Made by a program: the position numbers and the translations under genes. DNA of 59,923 nt, the filler included, from Basidiobolus ranarum (lineage: Eukaryota), in NCBI GenBank assembly GCA_040143965.1. It is 10 parts of 10 records of this genome, joined end to end, with 100 filler letters (N's around TTAATTAATTAA, not from the genome) between each part and the next. Parts side by side here need not be neighbours in the genome. Positions count along the whole stretch, not along the records: positions 12,028 to 17,936 come from JASJQH010008342.1; positions 18,037 to 23,942 come from JASJQH010008343.1; positions 24,043 to 29,943 come from JASJQH010008344.1; 7 more parts are not named here. One strand, given 5' to 3'. Every line of letters begins with the position of its first letter. The first letter of the stretch is position 1. This document shows positions 12,028-27,129 of this stretch, in pieces. The notes beneath the pieces were generated by a model, which searched no databases, had not been told where the DNA came from, and saw nothing but the letters and a program-made list of their open reading frames with translations.

Positions 12028-15000
12028 TCTCGTTCAGGAAGGAGACTCGATAGCTGCGGATGTTCGACTGATTTACGTTTCAAATTTCGAAGTTGATGAG
12101 GCTCTTCTTACTGGTGAATCAGAGCATGTTGTAAAAAGGTGAGTTTGATATGTCAACATGTGATAAGTGGTATCCTCCTTAACCTACTTGATTTTCTCAT
12201 ATAGACTAGACGCTCTTGAAGAAAAAGACATACCCTTAGGTGATCGTACCAATATGGCCTATTCTTCGACCATTGCTTCTAAGGGACGTGCCAAAGGAAT
12301 AGTTATTGGCACAGGGATGAATACTGAAATTGGAAAAATCGCAAAAACTATTTCCGAATCTGGAGGTGGTGGACAAACTCGTTTGCAGAAGAGGTATAGG
12401 CTATTTAGCATTGATTACATACGATTTTCTGTTCCTAACCCTGCTTGCCAGTCTGAATTATATGGCTTTATTTTTGTTATTCGTCGCTGTTGTTGTTGCC
12501 ATCATTGTTATGGCTATTAGCAAGTTTAAAATAACGTAAGTCTCTCTGGAGTACATTCATTTTAATATCCATTAACTGATGTGAAATATTCCTAATAGCT
12601 ATGATATTGGAATGTACGCCATGACCGCTGGCTTATGTGCAGTTCCAGCAGGATTGACCACAGTTGTCACAGTTACCTTTGTTATTGGTGGCAAGGAGAT
12701 GATTAAGCAAAAGGCCATTGTACGAAAATTAAACTCTTTGGAAACGCTAGGCAGTGTGACAAATATTTGTTCAGATAAGGTTTGTTCTCGTTATTTCTTG
12801 TTTAGTTTGTACCAGTAACATCTTGACTTATCCTTTGTAATAATTTCTATTTCATCAAGACTGGTACTCTGACGCAGGCACAAATGGTGCTGGTTCGATT
12901 CTGGATTTTTAAGGATGGCTACTACTCTGTGACCTCTAAGGGGATTGAACCGGAGGGCGAGGTCTATCGTCTAGGATTGGCATCTGAGCCAGACAACAAT
13001 AACACGGGACCTATTAACAAGTCTAGCTTATCCAAAGACTTGGAGAGATTCGTCAGTTGCTCCGCTCTTTGTAATATGTCAAGTATTCGCCTGAATCCAT
13101 CAAATGAATGGACTGCCAATGGTAATCCAACTGAAGTCGCTCTCCAAGTGTTTGCTCACAAATTTGGAATGGGAAAACCTGATTTGGAGGAGATGAATTA
13201 CGAACTCTTATCAGAGTTTCAATTTGACTCGTCAATTAAAAGAATGTCCGTCATTTATCAACTAAGGGATTCCGAAAAATTAGTCATGTTTACGAAAGGA
13301 GCTACAGAGAGGATTCTATCCCTCTGTCATAATGTTGAAGATGAGGAAGAAATATTAGCTCGCGTGGATACTCTGGCCTCTAAGGGCTTGGTAAGAACAC
13401 AGTTATTTGCTCTTGATTTTCATGTTTATTCTAACACTATTTTCATGTTAGCGGGTCTTGACATTGGCATACAAATCTCTTGAATTCACTAAAGAAGAAG
13501 TCCAGAATACAAGTCGAGAGGCGCTAGAGAAGGATCTCACCTTCCTTGGACTGGTTGGCATTTACGGTATTTAGTTATATGTATGTATGTACAGCTGGAT
13601 ATATGGAAATCTAATCAATTTTCGTGGTTAACTTGGATCAGACCCCCCAAGACCTGAGAGTCGCCGTGCAGTTGAGGAGGCTTACGGTGCTGGAATCAAG
13701 GTACATATGCTTACTGGAGATCATGAAGAGACAGCAACGGCTATTGCAAAGGAGGTGGGCATTCTCAGTTCCAACACAACAGAGTCGAAGCTACAAAATA
13801 CCGTAATTACTGGTCCTCGTTTTGATGCCATGTCGGAAAAAGAATTGGACAGTTTAGAACAGTTGCCACTTGTTATCGCAAGATGCTCACCGGATACTAA
13901 AGTCAAAATGATCAAGGCTTTACATCGGAGAAATTTGGTTGTTGCGATGACCGGCGATGGGGTCAATGGTTTGTATTTCTTTTTCTATGTTGGTTCACAT
14001 TTATCCAGTTTTAACATGAAATTGTATAGACTCTCCATCGCTCAAAATAGCCGACGTTGGTATTGCCATGGGAATGAATGGATCAGATGTTGCCAAACAA
14101 GCTTCAGACATTATATTAACTGATGATAACTTTGCCACTATTCTTCGTGCGATTGGAGAAGGTCGTCGAATTTACCAAAACACTCTGAAATTTTTACTTT
14201 ACTATTTGATCAGTAAGTAACTTTCTCGATGCTATTTTTCCTGTCCATAATTCATTAACACTCTATCTTGTCTCGCTTATTAGGTATTGTAGCACTTATT
14301 ATCTTACTGCTGGCCGTTCTTGGTTACAAAGATCCAGCTGGTTTGGTTGTCTATCCACTGAGCCCTATACAAATTCTTTTCATGTTTTTTGCTATTACTC
14401 CTCCAGCTGCTGAGCTCGGATTTCAGGAGCCTAGTAAAACCATCATGAAGGAACCTCCACGATCCCCGAAAAAGAGTATCTTTACCCCCGAGATTATACT
14501 AGACACTTTCATTTATGGGATTGGTATGGGTGTAATCTTCGTGGCCTCATTTAGCATTGCTCTTGTTGGTAAAGGTGATGGTGTCCAAGCATTGGGATGC
14601 AATCTGGAATATAGTGCTGGTTGTGAAAACCTGTATCGCGCACGTAGTACAGTGTTGGTTATACTAGTATTATTGCTGGTTATACAAGCTGTTAACAACC
14701 GAAGCCCCCGTAAGCCAGAGTGGTCTCTCTCTGGACTTAAGAGAACAATGAAATCATCCATTCTGGTTTGGACATTTGTGATTGATCTCATTTTAATGAT
14801 TGTATTTATATATGTTCCTAAGTGAGTATCACCCACTATTATGAGCTAGTCTTCAGAAACATACCAACTAATCCTCCTAACCAATTTATTAGAGTCAACA
14901 CTGTTGGGTTCAAGCAATACAACATCAGCTGGGAGTGGGGCCTGATAGCTGGTGCTGTTATAGTGTACATCGGCTTCTCAGAGTTCTACAAGTTTTGCAA

Positions 15001-15061
15001 GCGAAAGTTGATGCAACCCTTAACACTGCCAACGAACGAAGAAATTATCTTCAATAACTAA
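12028..15061 (+). CDS. P-type ATPase, ENA/type IID (Na+/K+ exporting)-like; 5'-truncated at the contig edge; exons 12028-12138, 12205-12393, 12452-12535, 12599-12779, 12860-13390, 13452-13566, 13642-13968, 14030-14212, 14284-14821, 14893-15061
   Basis: GT-AG splicing keeps one reading frame: [63 protein letters not shown] and [23 protein letters not shown] and the lack of PEGL in TM4 fit the ENA subfamily. Confidence 0.93.
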
Positions 15062-15600
15062 TCAGTAAACCCGTATTAGAGTTGTGTAACCTGCCTTAGA
15101 CATCAATAGGTTCAACTCATCATTCAATTCATGAAATGTTAGCAATAATTTCCGTACTATCATTGTCATAATGTAAAAAATAAATGATACTTCCGAGAGT
15201 GTCTCGGTGTATGTCTAGCACTAAGGCTGCTCTAGTCATATACATAAGCATTATAGATCCATTGGTCATTATCCTATCATGTGAACGTATTAGTGAATCT
15301 TCTTTTCTCACAAGTGTTTGCCTGGTTAGACACACTTTATTCTCTAATACTGGTAACACAAGCTCCGTTCCTATTCTTCAGTCAAGCTAATATATAAACC
15401 AGTATTAACTTGAAATACTGGTATGGTACAAGTCACCAAGTTCTTCCATGGAATAGTTGACTCGACTAATTGTACTAAATTATAATTGCTGTAATCGGTC
15501 GAATATTTTCAATGATATTCGGAATAGCCCACTTACCTAACGACAGTTGAAAAAACCATTAAATAGCTAACCTGTCGCATTCTCTAAATCAAAATCCGCT

Positions 15601-16086
15601 ATGGTGAATCTCAATTTCCTTTATTTTGGGATTCTTCTTCTTTCAATTGTACTGCATTCTAATTCTCTGATTCTCAATACTGATCGGAGAGGTGCTCTTA
15701 TACGCCGCAACGCTGACGTGAGTAACACTACCAATGACAGACCTGAATTGGTTCAGAAAGTCATACAAACATGTGAGTGTGCTAAAGTAACCAACGCTTA
15801 TCCCGACTTGAGTGGCGATGCTTACTTCATGATGACCTGCTTGAATTCAACATATGGAACTATCATTGAGTATGATGACAGTAAATGCACAAATAACATA
15901 GCGCGTTATTCAGGCAGTGGTGCTGTTTATCCAAATGCCACTTTAGTCTATTTACTTGACTGTGCAAATATGTTGCAATGTGGGATAGCTTGGAATCCTA
16001 CAAAGAAGCGCACAACTGAAGCGAACCTCCTCACGGTCACTACCTACTTTTTGTTTGCAATATGCAGTTTTGTGTATGTATTATAG
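15601..16086 (+). CDS. Small secreted, probably GPI-anchored, cysteine-containing protein of unknown function (161 aa, intronless)
   Basis: N-terminal hydrophobic signal peptide, dibasic RR sites, six Cys in the core and a hydrophobic C-terminal tail. CpG content is normal, as in other genes. Confidence 0.7.
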   Translation: MVNLNFLYFGILLLSIVLHSNSLILNTDRRGALIRRNADVSNTTNDRPELVQKVIQTCECAKVTNAYPDLSGDAYFMMTCLNSTYGTIIEYDDSKCTNNIARYSGSGAVYPNATLVYLLDCANMLQCGIAWNPTKKRTTEANLLTVTTYFLFAICSFVYVL

Positions 16087-16959
16087 AATTACTGTATCTG
16101 GACCATTCGTTTGTGTATTTGTTATTGGAAAGTGCTGTGAGCTTTTGGAACTATTGGTACTATAGCTCACATTATCTGCAACTAATACAAAAATCAACCA
16201 AAATTTGGTCAGTTTAACACCTATTGAATATTTTCTCTGCTTTTAGGTCAAGGGGAGGGAAACTTCATCATACCTTAAGTACATCTCATATATCATATAT
16301 AAGTACATGGACATCCAGAATTAAAGTACCAACCAGAATCTTAGACACACTTATCTAAGCCATAATAAAGTAGTCCAAATAAGCGAAGTCAAAAATAAAA
16401 CTCTTAATTAATTTAAATGTAAGCTTGTATGGGGCCATGACCTTATCATTGGTTGCAGTCATACGAGCAGAAATTTATATACTTCAATATTAATCATTGA
16501 ATAGGCACAAAGCACTTTCGTAACAGCTTCACTTATTACAAATATATCCACATACTTCATACTTTGACAATATATTCCAGCTATTCCAATACTAATACAA
16601 GGTTAGCAAGTGGCTAGGAACCTGGTCAACCACATCAAGTATTACACAACTCAAATGCTAACACCTGAAACTAAACAATATGTATCAACATCGAAGTAGT
16701 AACTTCAAGTACCTGAAGCTCTGGGCTACTATCCTCAGCAGACTTCAACCATCAAAGTCAATTGAATCAATAGGTTCAATTAGATGCTACTGATAATAAT
16801 TCTATTTATCTGATTTGCCCATGAATCAATCTCATTCAGTAAATAACTATCCACCTCAGTTCTGTTGAAATAAGCATAGCCTAAACAGTTATATAGTCAT
16901 ATATAGCTTAATATTTAGTTACTCCATATTCAACTAAGACATCACCCATTATTCTTAAT

Positions 16960-17320
16960 TGAAATTTAATTAGAAGTTCTCATATATATAGATTTTTTCA
17001 AACCTGTGCTAGAGGCCTTGAACTTTGCACATGTGTTCCTGAGACATTCTTCACATATTCAACAATTTAGTTGATCTACATCCTGGCAAAACCATCAATG
17101 TCAACTTTCTCCTCAATGAATTGATAAGTGAAAACCACCAATTTTTCTAGTTTTCCAAACCATCTCCAACAGGCTCCCAAAAGTACAAGAACAGGTACTG
17201 AGCCCCAAGCTTGTACTCTCTGTAATGTCTGCTTCTCAAATTTCTGGAACTTTTCCCTTGTCTGAATAATCAGATGGAACCAATTATTTAGTTTGGAAAA
17301 TGAAAATGAAAATTTTTGTG
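16960..17320 (+). mobile_element. Copia family B partial LTR, PBS (17194-17205) and gag start
   Basis: Similar to 4450-4712 (reverse complement) and 37331-37591. ..CA-GGTACTGAGCCC is followed by MSASQISG..DGTNYLVWKMKMK. Confidence 0.8.
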
Positions 17321-17340
17321 CAAGAGAAAACACTCTTGGA

Positions 17341-17936
17341 CACTGTCCCCTAACAGAAGCTTGAGGATTGCTATTGTAGGAAAACTGTCACAATTTTAAT
17401 CCATTTGAGATTGACCATTTACTTACTGTCATAAAATTATCAAGTTAGATTTGATCTTAATCAATTTTTTCAGTTTCAGGAGTGAATTTTCAAGGTCTTG
17501 CAAAATAGTTGTGCATAATTGGCTACAATCTCAGAGAACTATGGATCAACACATGTGCAAAAAACATAACTCAGATTTTACACAATTACCACTTGAATGC
17601 TAATTTGTCACCTTTGAAATCCCTAGTCTCTTTGATACATTCTGCTGAATATTTTTATAGAGTTCTTCATACTCAAGGTTTAGCTCATATCCAACACAAG
17701 TTTGTATCAATATCTCCATCAAAGCCCACCATTGTATTAATGTTGCTGAATCAACATTCTTCCAGCTATCTGGCAGGTACCCTGTAATATTGTGCCACTC
17801 TGTATTAAGTTCTTCCCAGATATCTGCATGGTCAACACCAGACAGAATGTCAAGTTGAATGTTCTTGTCCTGAAGCCACTTTCTGCATACTTGCACTGCA
17901 TCTTTCCCGTCATACTTTTGAAAATACTCCTCAAGC
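17341..17936. mobile_element. CACTA-like element left terminus (CACTG) with the 3' part of ORF2 on the minus strand (17600-17936)
   Basis: Homology to the other copies begins exactly at CACTGTCCCCTAACAGAA. The minus-strand ORF ..VCRKWLQDKNIQLD..IWEELNTEWHNI.. is shared with 55753-56301. Confidence 0.72.
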
Positions 17937-18036
17937 NNNNNNNNNNNNNNNNNNNNNNNNNNNNNNNNNNNNNNNNNNNNTTAATTAATTAANNNNNNNN
18001 NNNNNNNNNNNNNNNNNNNNNNNNNNNNNNNNNNNN

Positions 18037-19724
<1,688 letters not shown>

Positions 19725-20177
19725 GGTGTAAGTAAAAGTATGTTCAGAAGCGTTTGGTGAAAGAATATATTTTTATTGCATTATCATCACCAAATAATCG
19801 CAGCTGAGATGGCGACGTAATCAGTAATCTCCACCTACGTCTTGAATATTTAGTTGATCTGATAAACGATATACGTAATTACGGCTGCGAATTCGATGTA
19901 TCTTATGTTAATAGCAGCAAATAGTAACCATATTTCATCCATTGTACTCACAATTAATAATATCGGAAATGATTGGTCCATCTTCAATTCAAAGAAGAGT
20001 TTGATTCAGATGCAAATTTTGTAGATTCTTCATGGAGATTAATCCCAGTCAGTATTCGAAGCGCTTTTGTGTAGAATACTCTTCTGTAGGCCAAAAGGAA
20101 CAAAGACCTTATATTCTATACACTTGTTTTTAGCGAAATACTTGAAAACTAGACTGAAGCAACATCAATTGTGTAAT
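19725..20177. promoter_or_regulatory. Probable bidirectional promoter between RPT2 and the mL43 gene
   Basis: 453-nt, CpG-containing interval between two divergent start codons. The function is inferred from geometry only. Confidence 0.5.
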
Positions 20178-20724
20178 ATGAATTCCGTTATTAAACCAGC
20201 TACTCATAAGAATGGTGTTGGTGCTTTCATTTTCCAATGTCGTAAACTTGTCTTCCATTACTGTGAACGTGGTGGAAGTAGCCGTGGTATTGTGTGAGTA
20301 TAGTAATCGATAATTCTCACCGGTAATTTGAGACTGGAATATTGACCTTATTGATTTACTTAGGGACTTTTTCAAGAACGATATAATTGAGTTTGCCAAA
20401 AAAAATCCTCAAATTGAAGTTGTTGTTCAACCCAGACCTGCCAAGCATCCTTGTATTCGTGGATTTTACAGTAAGTGAATATTCAATAACTAAATTGTTG
20501 CTACTCGGTTAAGCACTAAACATAAATTCAAAATAATAGTGAACGGCAAAAACAAAGTTATCTGTGTGAAGAATCTTGATCGTAAAGGAGTTAGCAATCA
20601 GGTTCAACTATTACGTGATACTAGTGGACAAAAGGTCGGATCATTCAAGAAGAGAGTTATTTCAGATACTCCCTCGGTGCGTGGCATTTGGTCACCTTTC
20701 CACAACCGTCCTCATCAAATTTAG
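20178..20724 (+). CDS. MRPL51: Mitochondrial large-subunit ribosomal protein mL43 (yeast Mrpl51-like); exons 20178-20293, 20364-20470, 20540-20724
   Basis: The spliced product has NGVGAFIFQCRKLVFHYCERGGSSRGIV, FAKKNPQIEVVVQPRPAKHPCIRGFYMNG, VICVKNL and VISDTPSVRGIWSPFH, which are typical fungal mL43 motifs. Confidence 0.92.
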
Positions 20725-21517
20725 AGTCCTCTTTGGCAAATTAAACCCATTCCTATATATTGAAGTAGACCGCAACTACATTCAAATTTCACTCATTAAT
20801 CGAGAAAATGATCAATACAGACTTTTCTGGTTTTCATCCAAACTTACATGCTAATAAACATATGAACATCTATATGCATTATAGATCGGTGCCAAGTTGA
20901 TATTTTTTCGTCTTTTCATTATCGGTTTTAATAGAAGTCATGGCTACTGTTGATATCTTCTAAACAGATCACCTGTTCTAAAACTTGTAACTGTCTAACA
21001 AAAATCCTCATTGATGATATAATATCACTGACTGTGAGGATTCAGTAGAAGGTATATGGTACAGTTCTTGGGCAAACCCGGATAAACACGTGAGAAATTT
21101 AGACAAAAAACTTGTTTCTTCACATATTCGCTGCTAATGTGCGGAGGAGAAAAGTCAAGATGGATGCTGAGAAATCTCACGTTAAATATTAGAATGAAGC
21201 ATCAGCATACAAACAATGTTTATTTCAATTATATGTGACGAAGTCACGCTCAGTTCAAGGGTTATTTGCAAGTCAAAAATCAAACGATAACTGGCGATGG
21301 GAGTACTTGGTTACTGATAAAAGCCAAGTGGCATCAAGCAATTCAATTGGTGAACGAAAACAAAACTAATTACAACGCTAAAGTATCCATCGAGGCGTTT
21401 CCTGTATTATTCTAGAAAGAGCTACAAATTATGCTGAACTATTGAATACCTAAAGTCTTACATTGAGGTATGGTAAGGGAATGAGGGGCCAGAGTATGGA
21501 TAGGTACATATGCTCAA

Positions 21518-23226
21518 TCAATTGCAGCAATAGCTTTGATCGTTCACTTTTAGTAGATCCTTCGATATCCCAAGGTCGCCAGGATTGCCAATGATCTGTA
21601 GACGCCGCAGCTTTACACAGCTGTCCATTACTTTCTTCAAAGAAAGATCGGATAAATGTTCACCATTTGTAAAGCGTAGCTCTTTCAGCTGATCACCATA
21701 TTCTGTTATGGCCTCTAATAGCTCATGACTCATAGCCCACCCTGCCACACAAAGTCTCTTGATATGACTACCTCTGGTTTTGAAGAAAGTGACGAAAGGA
21801 GCAAGCTCAAGCGGACAAAGTGTGTTATCTTGGCGATCAAGGATAATTTCTTCCAAACAAAGACAGTTTTCACATAGGGCTTCTATCGATGAAGATGTTA
21901 TATTGGTCGTATTGAGGTCGAACTTTCGTAAACGACGGCAGCCTTTCGCAATCGGGAGAGTGCTTTTGTCTGTGACATTGGTGAAATATAAAGAGACATC
22001 TCTTAGCTGAGTACAATACTTTCCGATAACAATTCCCAAGTCCTCTGGCAAAGTACTAAAAGAGATAGAGAGTGAATGGAGATTGGTGCCACACTTGCCG
22101 AGAAAATTATCCCAAGCATCTAATGTAGATGAATTATGCTTTGATATATAGTTAAGCTCGAGTGATTTTAAATGGGGCTTGGAATATTTTGAGAAAGAGT
22201 TTAGAAGAGAGTTGTTGAATTGAATGTATGAAATCCCAAAATGCTCTAATAAAGGAAAGGATTTCCACATTTTTATCAACAAGTCATCAGGAATGCTAAC
22301 GCGCGCTTCAGGGCTGAAGAACATACCCAGCTTCTTAAGCTTGCCTCCAAACTTCTGTGTCATTTGTTTTATCATTCTGTGTACCGTGATATCACTGTAA
22401 ATTCCCGTGAATTCGAATTTTAAATTGTTTACTTTACTACAATGTGCACTTAAAGTCGAGATCAAATTTCTTGGAATGTCATTCGCACAGAGTTCGAACC
22501 GAGTCAAATTTGGGAGTCGTTGTAAGAAGGCGCGTAGAAAAGTTTCGTTAAACTCATCACCAAGGAGTTCGATGGAAGTGAGCGATTCTGAAATTGGAAA
22601 GGCGATCGGTATCGATATACTAGATATGCCATACATCTTGAGGCTTAGACTTTTTAACTTCCGGCAATTATGAAACATGGTGGATAGAAAAGCGATTCCC
22701 TCATCAGTAGGATTTATATCCACATACTGGACGTCTGTGAGTTTTGTCAGGAGAGGAAGTGATTCTGCGGCAGATGAGAGCTGTGACAAAGGCACAAAAC
22801 AAGGGAAAGTCGCCGATTGGAGATTAGGGAGATATTGAACAAGTTTCTGAAGATATAGGATGATCTCTCGTCGGTACCTATGACAATCCAAATTCAATAC
22901 CAAGTTGGCGACTAGATGGAAGGTACATTTCATGTTTAGTGTCGGTTATGAAACCAGTGAAAAGTGGTTGATAAAACGAAAAATAACTTACCATGGGGAT
23001 TATTGGAAACTATGTCTTTAAAGCTATTGAATTGAGATCTTTTACAAAATCTCGGTGCTTTCCAGAGTATCGGCATAGCTATTGCATACCAGCGACGACT
23101 AACCAGGCAGCAGTTAGTTAGAGAATTTGAATCTGCTTGAAAAAGATTGAAAACATTTTGTAACACCTCACGTGAGAAAGGTGACTTTGTTATATCTGCC
23201 TCGCTGTTCGAAAATATTGTGTCCAT
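21518..23226 (-). CDS. F-box/leucine-rich-repeat (RNI-like) protein, about 542 aa; exons 23226-22992 and 22911-21518
   Basis: N-terminal F-box-like EVLQNVFNLF..LTNCCLVSRRWYAIAMPILWKAP. An 80-nt GT-AG intron with a CTAA branch site keeps frame. LRRs include CTQLRDVSL, CRRLRKFDL..NIT and CVKLRRLQI. Confidence 0.88.
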
Positions 23227-24042
23227 AGGTACAACTATTTCGTTAAAATGGAGAGAGCTGAATCAAAAACCAAAGTTGAAGTACAAGGCACGGTTCCTCC
23301 AAGAAAAAAACTGTAGTTTAGAGATATTAGACTAATGCCGTATCTGGTCAAATGATAAATTTGAGAACCTAAACCGAATCAATATAATCGGTGCTCTTCA
23401 ACCAATAAAAAGAGTTGGATTTCAGCCTGACACCCTTTGGATATTTTTTTCAGAGTTCATGAGAGCAAAATATCTACAGATCGTATTACAGCTCTAGAAA
23501 TACTAGGTTTAGATACACGAGCCGAGAAAAGTCCTGCAGAACTGCTCTTCATTGGAAAAGCGTACGACTCAGACACGTGATGGCTTATTGGGATACTTGC
23601 TGCTTTATGAACTATCCAAAAGGTTCTCTAATTAGCAACTATCCCACGCCATACAGGCTTGTTTTTCTATACAAGCTTAGTCTTCTAGGAAGGTGATGGC
23701 CATACCGCACCAGTTCAAACATGTTATAAAGGCAATCCTTGGCCTGTTACCAGATATATGGAAAGAATTGATACCACCAGATATTAGTGACATTGTGACG
23801 GGAGATGAACCTCCTAACGGTGAACGCATTGCTGGCCATCATAATGCTATCCATTACTGTAAGTTCTTTTGTTAAATCGAGAGGTGGCCTCGGCGTGGGG
23901 TGGGCCTGTCCCAGCCGCAGGGTCCTTTGCTGAATTTTTTACNNNNNNNNNNNNNNNNNNNNNNNNNNNNNNNNNNNNNNNNNNNNTTAATTAATTAANN
24001 NNNNNNNNNNNNNNNNNNNNNNNNNNNNNNNNNNNNNNNNNN

Positions 24043-25161
<1,119 letters not shown>

Positions 25162-25867
25162 TTTTGCAAACCGAAGCTGACAGAAGGTTTTGAATAAAAG
25201 CAAAGAAATTACCAAATACTAAGATAGTTTATGGAAAATAGGGATCTATATTATGGCCCAAATTAGTAGGATATAATACACTTGTCAGCACTTGCATAAA
25301 AATGATGGAGTAAAAAAAGGAAAATTTAGGTCATCTCAAGGTGCGATTGATTAAAAGCTATTAGACCTAATTGGATCAAGAATGGATTGTGTGATTGCGA
25401 TTTGCTACATAAATGATGTTGCTCTACGTGACTATCTCAACCATTTGTCATTGAGTGCCAAATATTAGTTACATCCTTACGCACCCAAGAATTTGATGTA
25501 GATTTGTACTGGGAATCATTGCAAATTATTTCTAGAAGTACACATCCTCAGCTATGTGTATCTTTCTCGAAGAGAGAAGTTAGCTACTAATCGCCGGAAT
25601 TTCACCATACAATTAGCAATAAGCTACCGCCGAGGTTCTCCTAATGAGAAGTCTTTTGTTCATGCTTCAGCGATTGTTGAATGAATATGTGCACACGTGT
25701 TGCAGAAGTAAAATGAATAAGAGTGATTGGATATGATAAATGCTTTATTGGTCGAAAGAGAAAATGGTTTGCTGCAAAATGAGTTGATCGAAACCATTTT
25801 GTCACGGTCAATGGGAATGAGGTTTAGTAGAACACTAGTCGAGAGTTTTTATATGCGATTCTGGATT

Positions 25868-26660
25868 TTACATACGGTTGGCACGGTTACCAAACTCAAA
25901 AAGTGGTGCCTGTTTCCAGGTAACGGGCATTAAACCTAGTAAGTTGAGTTAGTATAGGTATCTATATAGTATCGAGTCAAGATAATTGATGGGAAATAAA
26001 ATAAGTACCCATTGCTCTGGCTCTCCGGATAGCCTTTCCAACTTTGCGTTGACTTTTAGCAGTGAGACCTAGTATTCAAGGGTAAGAGAAAACCATCAGA
26101 CAAAGGTATGAGGAGATATGAAATAAATATCCAATACCAGTGGTGGCTCTAGGTAATATTCTACCCATTTGGGACACATAATTAGACAACATAGTCGTAT
26201 TCTGTGGAGATGCATAAATTAATGTCTGATTGAGTCAGCGTGTCTCAGTGATTTTGAGAATACCTTATATTCATTCAAGGGATTCAAGTGAAGTTTACGG
26301 AATGGATCGTTTTGGATCTTTTTGCGAGAGCGAGTACGAGGAATGTTCTCATTGAAATCAGAAGGGGCGTAGGTCTAGACAAGCTAATGTATTAATAATA
26401 CAGTTGACCAAACATTCATGTGAGTATTGTTTACCTCTTTAGGCAAGAAACGTTTAGCGAGACCAGTAAGCTCGAACTTGGATGTATCTAAAAAAAGTAC
26501 AGCATTAGGCGGTAATTTCTGGTTTTCATACAGAATATGTACTACCTTCGTTTTGGCATCGAACTGAAGAAGAAAAAGGACGAATTATCGAGCGACTCAA
26601 AGTTAGAGTTTGAGCGCGAACTTGTTGGGTGAGTGAGAATGAAGCACGAAATACAGACAT
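25868..26660 (-). CDS. RSM18: Mitochondrial small-subunit ribosomal protein bS18m (Rsm18-like), multi-exon
   Basis: Arg/Ser-rich presequence MSVFRASFSLTQQVRAQ. Spliced S18 core NPLNEYK|NTTMLSNYVSQMGRILPRATT|GLTAKSQRKVGKAIRRARAMG|LMP. Stop at 25868-25870. Confidence 0.88.
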
Positions 26661-27129
26661 GGTTAAGCTAGGTCTGAGTACGGTTCTCCTCAACTCAGCT
26701 ATAGGTAAAACGTATATTAACAAGCAACAAAAATCGAAAGAATCAATTTTTTTCTCGGTCACAATGTACTGGTTTGATATTATCCCGAATCAATTTTTGA
26801 AAATACTGATCGAAATGTGGGTAGGACTATCATCTATTCAAAGTGAACTTGAAATATGCAATCCAATGCTTGAACAAGGATTTGAACTTTTGTACACGAG
26901 GGATGTTTGTAAAATCCTAAATCTTGCCGATTACACACTTTTTTCTGTATTGTGCATGACATTTGATACCTAATAACACATGGTTTTTTAATACACTGCA
27001 ACAGAACAAGGGGAAGCTCCTAGGTTTAGGGAGATTCTATTTCTATAAAAATTATTTTTGCTACTTGAGTATCAAAAGACTACAGTTGTTCTTCGTCTAC
27101 TGCTAATATAGTCTTTTTACATCTCTACT

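Noticed and set aside
23480..23860. Possible decayed TB2/DP1/HVA22 (Yop1-like) gene or the short ORF 23693-23875
   Set aside because: Only vague W-L/Y-W and YKL resemblances across different frames; not supportable without a search.
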